Assembly (NCBI GenBank): GCA_964644695.1
Contig: CAZXWN010000001.1
Location: 118,869 to 182,868, forward strand
From: an uncultured bacterium
Lineage (GTDB): Bacteria; UBP4; UBA4092
Direction: 5' to 3'
Length of the DNA stretch: 64,000 nt
Positions 56,608-64,000 of the stretch are shown piece by piece. Within the stretch, counting starts at the first letter, position 1; every line of letters begins with the position of its first letter. The translations under genes were made by a program, and so were the position numbers. Below the pieces are notes generated by a model. That model ran no database searches. It was not told the DNA's origin and worked only from the letters and a program-made list of their open reading frames with translations.

Positions 56608-58809
56608 TCAGTCAAACCATGAAATTGGGATTCTAAAGATGCTGCGTAAAGAAAATGACTCTATAGTCTCGTCATTATCCTTTACAGGAATGGGTGTGGT
56701 CATTTTCGTAATGGTACGTGTTTGATTTCTATTTGAGGGGAATTGTGTTTCTGAAACTCTCAAATTATTTGGTGAGAGTGCTTCTTGGAGTAAGTCCCAA
56801 CTATTCGACTTCTCGAAATTTACCATGGCGAATATCATTATTCCATCAGAACTATTGAGACTCATCCGAACAGCTTTTTTAAAGGTTTCTGGTTTGGAAA
56901 TATTTGGATAATATAGGCTGGAATAGACTTTTGTTGCATCACCGACGACACGGTCTACCATCTTTAAACCTGAATCCAAGTTGGCCCATTCTGGTTTTCC
57001 TGCAGCTATGGATTCAGCCTGTGACAGGTCGGGATAGTAAAGTCCTGGGCAAAGATAATCAAGGTATTCAGCATAACCTGTTCCCCGATATGCCGGAGTA
57101 GCCCAATCATAATCTCTGCTGGGATCGTATTTATAGGAAGCCCAATTTACTCCAACTTCATAATACTCTGGATACCAGCCGCCCACATAATCCCCAAAAC
57201 TGACATTGGGTTTAGTATCTTTTATTACATTACGCGCTTCAATCATGAAGTCCTTGATGTTTGATGCACGCCAGTAGACCCATTCTTTATAGAACATCCC
57301 TGGTACAATATTGGGGGGATTACCATTTGGATTAGGAACAATCTGGTAGATATCTTCTGGCCAACGCCGTATGTTTTGCCCAATAAAGTGCTCAAATTGT
57401 CTTCGGGTCAGGTCACTGAAATCAACTTTGAAATTATCATAACGAACCCGATCTAACACTATCCCGTCAATATTGTAATTTTTAACAACCTCTTCAATTA
57501 TATCCAAGGCTCTTTGCCTAACTACTGGGTGACTGGGGTTGACATAGACCAACATTCCCGGTAATTCAGTCGTGGGGACAAGTCTGGTTCGTAGTGAGCG
57601 AGAAACTCTGGTTCCTTCACTAAGATTAGTGTATGCCCAGTTTCTTGTTTTCCCATTAGCGGAGATAACATAACCCTCCGAAGGTATGTCTATTCCATCA
57701 CTAGGAAATTCACTGGCTCCAATCTGACGAGAGACGCTGTTGTTTCGAACAATGTAAAAAGTATCTGAATTGTTTCTGGGATTATGCGAATCGGCGGTGG
57801 CTCTAGCATTCAGTGCCAAGTTGACTGGGTTAGTTGAGCCTTGGGTACTGAATACCTCAACTTCCTGAATTCGCGCAATAGCATCGTTACCTGGATCCTC
57901 AATATAAATTCTTATTCGTTTAGTGTTTAACGGTAAAAAAGTAGATGTGGCGACGATGTCTCTGTTATTAGTGACTCTGGTTAAATCGGTCCAACGACCA
58001 TTCTGGAGTGCTTGAATCCGATAGGATCTGACAATATAGTTCTTGATAAAAGAAATTCGAACGGAATCTATCTTAGGAGAGTTATTCCATTCGAGAGCAA
58101 TCCAATGTGGACCTTCTTGGGAGTTGGATGTCCATTTAGATGATGGAGAATTAACATTTCCATCAATCGCATTTCCGGGTTCATCGCGACGAAACAACTT
58201 TTTACCATAATCTGGTGTGAAGAATGTTAGCGTATCTTCTGTCGTTCTTTGATTTTGCTCATAAAGAATTTCTTCGGAATCATTGCTTGTTTTTAGAAAG
58301 TATGAGACATCGTAATTTACGACCTGCCAATCTGGATGAGAATAGGCGGGACCTTCCCGTGTTGCTTTAAGACCTTCAGAAAAAATATTCAGTGCAGCAT
58401 GTACTTTTATGCCCCGCTTATGGGCCTCAACTGTAAGGGTTCGAAGCAGATCATAATTTTCAGGGTATGGCTGCCCTTTGAATCGAGTCATTTTGGGAGC
58501 AATTTTAGAATTGTATAGAACATAACCTGAATAGGGTTTGATATCAACTGCTACAGCATTAATACCAGCTTTAGAACACTTATCCAAAACAGCTGCGACT
58601 TTAGGTTGGCTGGAAAGAAGGAAGACGTTTTCTTCAGCATCTAACCATAGCATTTTTACTTTGGCAGGTATTGGTCTTTGGACCGGTCTGGGGACTCTTT
58701 TCTTGGGGGCAGAAAAGGTATTTGAAGATATAAACAGCACGAACATGAGGGTCAAGATTAGGAATGACCCATAATGGCGAATAACTCTGTCGCCTATGTC
58801 ATCAGACAT
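56608..58809 (-). CDS. Secreted glycoside-hydrolase-like family 10 (GHL10/DUF187, YngK-like) protein with an inserted F5/8 type C (discoidin) domain
   Basis: Signal or anchor sequence. TIM-barrel-like GHL10 N-terminal region (WLDAEENVF...GINAVAVDIK...KVHAALN). A discoidin-like segment around WTSNSQEGPHWIALEW. 733 aa. Confidence 0.45.
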   Translation of the reverse strand: MSDDIGDRVIRHYGSFLILTLMFVLFISSNTFSAPKKRVPRPVQRPIPAKVKMLWLDAEENVFLLSSQPKVAAVLDKCSKAGINAVAVDIKPYSGYVLYNSKIAPKMTRFKGQPYPENYDLLRTLTVEAHKRGIKVHAALNIFSEGLKATREGPAYSHPDWQVVNYDVSYFLKTSNDSEEILYEQNQRTTEDTLTFFTPDYGKKLFRRDEPGNAIDGNVNSPSSKWTSNSQEGPHWIALEWNNSPKIDSVRISFIKNYIVRSYRIQALQNGRWTDLTRVTNNRDIVATSTFLPLNTKRIRIYIEDPGNDAIARIQEVEVFSTQGSTNPVNLALNARATADSHNPRNNSDTFYIVRNNSVSRQIGASEFPSDGIDIPSEGYVISANGKTRNWAYTNLSEGTRVSRSLRTRLVPTTELPGMLVYVNPSHPVVRQRALDIIEEVVKNYNIDGIVLDRVRYDNFKVDFSDLTRRQFEHFIGQNIRRWPEDIYQIVPNPNGNPPNIVPGMFYKEWVYWRASNIKDFMIEARNVIKDTKPNVSFGDYVGGWYPEYYEVGVNWASYKYDPSRDYDWATPAYRGTGYAEYLDYLCPGLYYPDLSQAESIAAGKPEWANLDSGLKMVDRVVGDATKVYSSLYYPNISKPETFKKAVRMSLNSSDGIMIFAMVNFEKSNSWDLLQEALSPNNLRVSETQFPSNRNQTRTITKMTTPIPVKDNDETIESFSLRSIFRIPISWFD

Positions 58810-58937
58810 AAATAATACCCTGAAATCATAAAGAAGTTGTGGTGTTTCTCTTGACGGGGAAAACCGATGAAGAGCTTATATTTAGTTTAACACCCTGAGT
58901 TTGACTCGTCAATTAAGGTTTGGCTGGGGCTTAAGTA

Positions 58938-61016
58938 TTATCTGGCTTTATTCCTATAGGCATTTGCTTTGGTTTTGGCTGCCTCAGCGGCGTCTGTTTC
59001 ACCAGACATACTATAAAGCATATATAAATTTACCCAACCTTCATAACTATCAGGTCTGATTTTGACTGCTTTCATAAAACATTTTTCTGCAATAAGGAAC
59101 TGATTTTGTGTTGCATAAGCTGCTCCCAGGCTTATCCATGCATCATGGGATATTGGATTCAACTCGAGAGCTTTTTTAGCTTCTTGAATAGCCATCTCGG
59201 GAGAGCGGCAGATATTAGCCCAGATTGCTCTCTTGAGATAAGGGTCAACATACTCCGATTCGTAAGAGGAGGCCTGAATGGATTCATTAAAAGCAATATT
59301 CCAGTCTTGACGCTCTGCTGCAAGTATGGAGAAGTTATTACGAATCTGGGCAAAAGGATGAATATCTCTAATAATAACGGGGTAGGGTGAAACTCCTGTT
59401 GCCGGATCAAGTTCATTTACCCATTGATTCCAATTCATAGTTGAAGTGTAAGAATAATTAAACTCTTCACTCGAGATTCCTTCAGGAGTAAGACGGGCCC
59501 ATAACCCCGAAGGAATTGCCTGTACAATCCAGCGATTCCCTTGTATCAAGCTGTATTCAGCAAATACAGGCCTGTTTTTTTGAAGAGCAGCAGTGATGAT
59601 GGATGGGTTAATCTTTTGGCGGTTAATGCTGACAATTTCAATCTTTGGCCGCGCCCCTTTTATTTGCTGCTGATATAACAAATTAAAATCAATATAGACT
59701 GAACGAACTAATACCAGTGAATTATCGGGAAGTTGTTTTAATAAAATCTGTCCAAACCGGTCAGGTGCTCCATTTGAGATATGTTTAATAACATTCCATG
59801 ATGAATTAACCTGCCATGCCCAAAGCCCAGTCAAAATAAAAAAAGTGATCCACTGCCAACTAACAGCCAGTGGGATCTTATAAGTAGGACATTCAAGTCT
59901 TTCTGCCAGCCATATACCAAAACGAATGATTGCATAAATCCCCAGTGAACATAAACCACCCCACAGATAAATAGAGGGAAGCAAGAATGATGGGAATTCA
60001 GGTTCAATGATTTCGGAGTGTCCATAGAAAACGGCCATCCCAATATTTGTCAAAATAATTAAAATTGGGAGAGAAGCCATAATTGCTTTGCGGCGGATAA
60101 TATATGCGAGTCCACCCAAACCGAGAGCAATTCCCCATGGCTTAAAAGTCATGAGAAATACTTTGCCTGTTTCAAAAATAAAATATCGAACTGCAATCCA
60201 AGACCGATTAAATACCTTTTCATGGAACTCCGCCTGGCTTAAGTATCCCCACAATGCCTTGGAGGTGGTCAATGAAATGCCGTGATGAAGTACTGGGTGA
60301 GTTGAAGAACGAATAGGAAGATAAAGCGTTACCAGAAAGCCAAGGAAAAACAACCCAGGAATAGCTGTTAACCAGGTTCTTCCTTCAGGGGATTTCCATG
60401 GTCTTGTATATAAAAGTATCAAAATAAAAGATGGAAAACAGATAATCATTTGGGCATGGACGGTTAATCCCAGTCCAAGGATAAAAGCTGCAAATGAAAG
60501 ATATTTTCCCTGCTCGGTAGAAGATTCTGAGCTCAGAACTTTAACCAGCGTCCATACAAAAGACCCAATAAAGAAAAGGTTGAAAGTATAAATTTCAGCA
60601 ATAACTGACTGCGACCAATATATCTGTGTAAAAGCCAAACCCAGTAATCCGAGACTATATCCAATCCATCTGGCAAATGGATATAAAGTGGTGGGAAGAA
60701 AATTACGGTTTATTAAAAACAGCCAGTAGAGAGAAACGGCTCCAGCAATAGCAGAAAAGAAGTTGACACAAACTGCCGTATTACTCAGGAAATCGGGAAT
60801 TGTGAATAATTTACCTAAAAGTAAATATAAGGGAAAACCTGTTGGATGGGGTATTCCCAATTCTTTAACAGCCGTAATTAATTCACCACTGTCCCACCAA
60901 TATAAAGAGGGGCAAAGTGTTCGTATGAAAACGAATAACGCAGTAAGGACAATTAAGAACCCTGGCCAATCTCTGTTGAAAACTTTCAATATATTTTGTT
61001 TATTGAGTTTTTTCAT
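58938..61016 (-). CDS. DUF2723-family polytopic membrane protein (GT-C-like) with C-terminal TPR repeats
   Basis: N-terminal YWWDSGE motif, about 11 TM helices, and C-terminal TPR repeats. 692 aa. The start overlaps the mutY stop by 4 nt. Confidence 0.5.
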   Translation of the reverse strand: MKKLNKQNILKVFNRDWPGFLIVLTALFVFIRTLCPSLYWWDSGELITAVKELGIPHPTGFPLYLLLGKLFTIPDFLSNTAVCVNFFSAIAGAVSLYWLFLINRNFLPTTLYPFARWIGYSLGLLGLAFTQIYWSQSVIAEIYTFNLFFIGSFVWTLVKVLSSESSTEQGKYLSFAAFILGLGLTVHAQMIICFPSFILILLYTRPWKSPEGRTWLTAIPGLFFLGFLVTLYLPIRSSTHPVLHHGISLTTSKALWGYLSQAEFHEKVFNRSWIAVRYFIFETGKVFLMTFKPWGIALGLGGLAYIIRRKAIMASLPILIILTNIGMAVFYGHSEIIEPEFPSFLLPSIYLWGGLCSLGIYAIIRFGIWLAERLECPTYKIPLAVSWQWITFFILTGLWAWQVNSSWNVIKHISNGAPDRFGQILLKQLPDNSLVLVRSVYIDFNLLYQQQIKGARPKIEIVSINRQKINPSIITAALQKNRPVFAEYSLIQGNRWIVQAIPSGLWARLTPEGISSEEFNYSYTSTMNWNQWVNELDPATGVSPYPVIIRDIHPFAQIRNNFSILAAERQDWNIAFNESIQASSYESEYVDPYLKRAIWANICRSPEMAIQEAKKALELNPISHDAWISLGAAYATQNQFLIAEKCFMKAVKIRPDSYEGWVNLYMLYSMSGETDAAEAAKTKANAYRNKAR

Positions 61017-62137
61017 AACTTGCTGACATTATTCTCCTGTAACCATTTTACGATGGGTTGATCTGCTGCCGGAAAAGCATATTTACTTAACTGCTTTGGA
61101 GTTACCCATTTAAAATCGTCCACTTCAAGTTTTTTTACGGTTCCTTCCAATATGGAGCAAAGATAAAAATGGATAGTGACTGTGAAGTGGGAATAACCAT
61201 GGTCAATAGCCATTATCTTTGATTCTGTTTTGACGATAATATCTAATTCTTCCTTTAACTCTCTAACCAGACATTGTCTCAGGGATTCTCCCTGTTCCTT
61301 TTTTCCTCCAGGGAATTCCCATAATCCACCCAGAAGTCCCTTGGCAGGTCTTTGGGTGATTAATACTTTATCATGACAATGGATGACTCCGGCCGAGATG
61401 ACTTTATGAGGTAGTTTCCGGCTGAGTTTGCGATAGGGGATGACATCTGTTAATCCCGAAGCATTTGCCACGCAATATTTTGACAGTGGGCATACTGTAC
61501 ATTGTGGTTGTCGGGGAGTACAGATAATTGCTCCCAATTCCATCAGTGATTGGTTAAAATCTCCCACTTTGTCGGAACCTGGTAATAGTTGTTCAGAAAT
61601 ATTCCATAACCTTTTATTTATTTCTGATGATTTGGGATCCTCTTGAATTCCGAATAATCGAGTAAGGACCCTGATGACATTTCCATCCAAAACTGGCATC
61701 CGGTGACCGAAAGCGATACTTCCAATAGCCCCGACGGTATATCGGCCAATTCCGGGTAATTGTTTTATTTCATCGGGAGTCGTTGGAAAACAGTTGGAAA
61801 AGTTATCCCGAATTATTATTGCAGCCTTGTGAAGGTTTCTCGCTCTTGCATAATAACCTAAGCCTTCCCAATGTTTTAGGACAACATCCAGTCGAGCGTC
61901 AGCTAAACTTTTTACCGTAGGAAATCTTTTCTTGAATTTCTCAAAATAGGGGATGACGGTTGTTACCTGGGTTTGTTGTAACATGATTTCAGATATCCAG
62001 ATCAAATAGGGATCCTTCGTGTTACGCCACGGCATGGACCGTTTCGATTTATGATACCAATCCAACATCTTATTCTGGATAGTATGGATTTTTCGTGTAT
62101 TTAAAGTGGATAATTTGTCTTGTGTTTCTTCAGGCAT
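61013..62137 (-). CDS. mutY: A/G-specific adenine DNA glycosylase
   Basis: HhH-GPD domain, Fe-S cluster Cys ligands (CTPRQPQCTVCPLSKYC), and a C-terminal NUDIX-like domain. Confidence 0.8.
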   Translation of the reverse strand: MPEETQDKLSTLNTRKIHTIQNKMLDWYHKSKRSMPWRNTKDPYLIWISEIMLQQTQVTTVIPYFEKFKKRFPTVKSLADARLDVVLKHWEGLGYYARARNLHKAAIIIRDNFSNCFPTTPDEIKQLPGIGRYTVGAIGSIAFGHRMPVLDGNVIRVLTRLFGIQEDPKSSEINKRLWNISEQLLPGSDKVGDFNQSLMELGAIICTPRQPQCTVCPLSKYCVANASGLTDVIPYRKLSRKLPHKVISAGVIHCHDKVLITQRPAKGLLGGLWEFPGGKKEQGESLRQCLVRELKEELDIIVKTESKIMAIDHGYSHFTVTIHFYLCSILEGTVKKLEVDDFKWVTPKQLSKYAFPAADQPIVKWLQENNVSKL

Positions 62138-62189
62138 GGTTAATTATATCAACAGTCATTGAAGAATAAAGTCAGAGGATTCGAATCAT

Positions 62190-62237
62190 CCACGGACCTG
62201 GTCCGAACAGCTCCGTGGATGATTCGCGGAATAAACG
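62190..62237. repeat. Family-2 hairpin repeat, copy C
   Basis: CGAATCATCCACGGA-CCTGGTCCGAACAGC-TCCGTGGATGATTCG: a perfect 15-bp stem. Confidence 0.6.
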
Positions 62238-62383
62238 CTCAAACTTATTATTAAATATATCAATATAACATTATAAATATCAGTGTTATACATATTACAT
62301 TTATCTTTCTTGTTGAGAGTTTATATTACGACTATAGATAAATTCGGTATAATAGTGCGGTTATTAATAGATGAAGGTGGAAT

Positions 62384-63187
62384 ATGGAACCTGATAAAAA
62401 TGAAACACCCTTTAATCGACTCGTCTGGTTGGTCAATCGACTAAGAGATCCAGGAGGGTGTCCCTGGGATCGGGAACAAACTAAGGAATCCCTTTCTCCC
62501 TGTGTTTTGGAGGAGGCGCATGAAGTTGTTGAAGCTATTGCAGATCCCAATCCTGAGGCTTTACGGGAGGAACTAGGGGATTTGACCTATCAGGTGTTGT
62601 TCCTGGCCAAAATTGCATCGGAGCGCCAGGAATTCACGCTAGATGATGTATTTCAATGTGCTTATCAGAAATTATATAATCGGCATCCTCATGTTTTTGG
62701 AGAAGTAAAAGTTAATGGAACACAGGATGTTCTTCAAAACTGGGATAAAATCAAAGCCATTGAAAAAAAAGACACCCGGAAATCCGTTTTGGATGGATTG
62801 CCAAATACTTTACCAGCGCTGATCAAGGCTCAGAAGGTTCAAGAAAAGGCGTCCCGGGTTGGTTTTGACTGGAATCATTTTAAGCCAGCTTTTGAGAAGG
62901 TAAAAGAAGAACTAAGTGAATTTGAACAGGCTGTAGAATCCGGTGAGCAATGTCATATTGATGAGGAGCTGGGCGATTTATTATTTGCGATTGTAAACAG
63001 TGCTCGATTTGTTAAGGTAAATCCGGAAATGGCACTCCAGGGAACTATTCGTAAATTTACTCATCGGTTCCATTATATTGAAGAAATGGCTCAGAAGCAG
63101 GGCCGTTCATTAGAAGATATGAGTCTGGAAGAAATGGACCATCTTTGGAATGAAGTAAAAAAACAGGACATGGAGGTGAAAGAATGA
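62384..63187 (+). CDS. mazG: Nucleoside triphosphate pyrophosphohydrolase MazG (tandem MazG domains)
   Basis: Two EExxE-type MazG motifs (EEAHEVVEA, EELGDLLF). 267 aa. A TATAAT -10 element at 62349-62354 and a GAAGGTGG RBS. Confidence 0.8.
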   Translation: MEPDKNETPFNRLVWLVNRLRDPGGCPWDREQTKESLSPCVLEEAHEVVEAIADPNPEALREELGDLTYQVLFLAKIASERQEFTLDDVFQCAYQKLYNRHPHVFGEVKVNGTQDVLQNWDKIKAIEKKDTRKSVLDGLPNTLPALIKAQKVQEKASRVGFDWNHFKPAFEKVKEELSEFEQAVESGEQCHIDEELGDLLFAIVNSARFVKVNPEMALQGTIRKFTHRFHYIEEMAQKQGRSLEDMSLEEMDHLWNEVKKQDMEVKE

Positions 63188-64000
63188 GTTTTAGTTGGCA
63201 TAGTCAGAAGATGCATACAAAAGAACCTTTTGGGATATCCCGTGGGACCTATTCTGAGGTAACCGATTTGATTGTGGAAATCGGTGATGGGATAGGCGAG
63301 GGCGCTCCCCATAAATTTTTTAATGACACATTAGAGACCTTTATACCCGATTTAGATAAAGTAACCCGTTATTTTGAAGATAAAGATTTATTTCAGATAG
63401 AAGAACTATTAAAAGATATTGACCACATGACACATAGTAAAGTCGTGAAATGTGCGCTTGATATGGCTCTTTATGACCATGTTGGTAAACAATTAGGTGT
63501 TCCTGTCTATAAACTTCTGGGGTTATCTTCAGATAAAACACCCCAGACGTCATTTACCATTGGAATCTCTGATACAGAAGATATGGTGAGAAAAGCACTG
63601 GATGCAAAAGATTTCCCCATTCTTAAAATCAAACTGGGTGGTAAAGACGATTTGAATGTCATGCGCCGGATTCGGGAATCCCTGCCAAACCATGTGCTTC
63701 GTGTTGATTGTAATTGTGGGTGGACTTCCGAAAATGCACTTCCTCAAATTGATGCTTTGGCTGAGCTGGGCGTAGAGTTTGTTGAACAACCTTTACCTCC
63801 TGATGATATCGAGGGAGCAAAAAAGATATTTGCTCAATCAAAACTTCCCATCTATCTTGATGAAAGTATTTGTACAACCAGTGATATCCCCAAAGTAGCC
63901 CCTTATTGTCATGGGGTGAATTTTAAATTAGTTAAAACCGGCGGAATCAGAGAATGTCTTAGAGGTATTCATACTGCCAGAGCCTGTGGTTTGAAAGTTA
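63184..64000 (+). CDS. Enolase-superfamily dipeptide (L-Ala-D/L-Glu) epimerase-like protein; the 3' end is outside the window
   Basis: The ATG overlaps the mazG stop (ATGA). KIKLG, VDCNCGW, EQP, DES and KLVKTGG are the conserved metal-ligand and catalytic-Lys contexts of the MR/MLE family. It is absent from the ORF track because it runs off the window. Confidence 0.6.
   Translation, partial: MSFSWHSQKMHTKEPFGISRGTYSEVTDLIVEIGDGIGEGAPHKFFNDTLETFIPDLDKVTRYFEDKDLFQIEELLKDIDHMTHSKVVKCALDMALYDHVGKQLGVPVYKLLGLSSDKTPQTSFTIGISDTEDMVRKALDAKDFPILKIKLGGKDDLNVMRRIRESLPNHVLRVDCNCGWTSENALPQIDALAELGVEFVEQPLPPDDIEGAKKIFAQSKLPIYLDESICTTSDIPKVAPYCHGVNFKLVKTGGIRECLRGIHTARACGLKV

Overview
This is a 64 kb chromosomal segment of low GC content (about 38-40%). 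It uses Shine-Dalgarno sites, has a sigma-54 activator, a type IV prepilin peptidase, a DUF2723 membrane protein and several secreted proteins. The source organism is uncertain; it could be an FCB-group-related or candidate-phylum bacterium. No transposase or integrase genes and no CRISPR array were seen.

Housekeeping genes recognised:
- sodB, galT, aroC, aroE, pilD, tkt, valS, trpS, nrdR, scpA, scpB, mutY and mazG
- a cimA/leuA-family synthase, htpX, htrA and an ABC transporter
- tRNA-Pro(GGG) on the minus strand, and a cluster of tRNA-fMet, tRNA-Met and tRNA-Leu(GAG) with their own promoters and a terminator

Accessory and unusual content:
- An operon at 34545-40022 encodes a membrane sensor with HAMP, GAF-like, PP2C-phosphatase and GHKL-kinase domains (RsbU and RsbW in one chain) and a STAS antagonist. 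It also encodes a fusion of a degenerate nucleotidyltransferase, a left-handed beta-helix, a membrane segment and a PglC/WbaP-type phosphoglycosyl-transferase domain. In that last domain the catalytic Asp-Glu dyad appears replaced by Asp-Lys. A metallophosphoesterase ends the operon. This looks like an undescribed partner-switching module wired to a (pseudo)glycan-priming enzyme.
- Three adjacent signal-peptide proteins at 27.5-31.3 kb share a short extreme C-terminal motif: (L/V)P(V/I)(E/S)LS(G/D)F followed by three residues ending in Glu.
- Two families of dispersed palindromic intergenic repeats are present.
- A 45-aa hydrophobic small ORF is bracketed by an RBS and a strong terminator.
- An EndoQ-like PHP protein, a NahK-like kinase plus nucleotidyltransferase salvage pair, and an envelope-stress gene cluster are also present.
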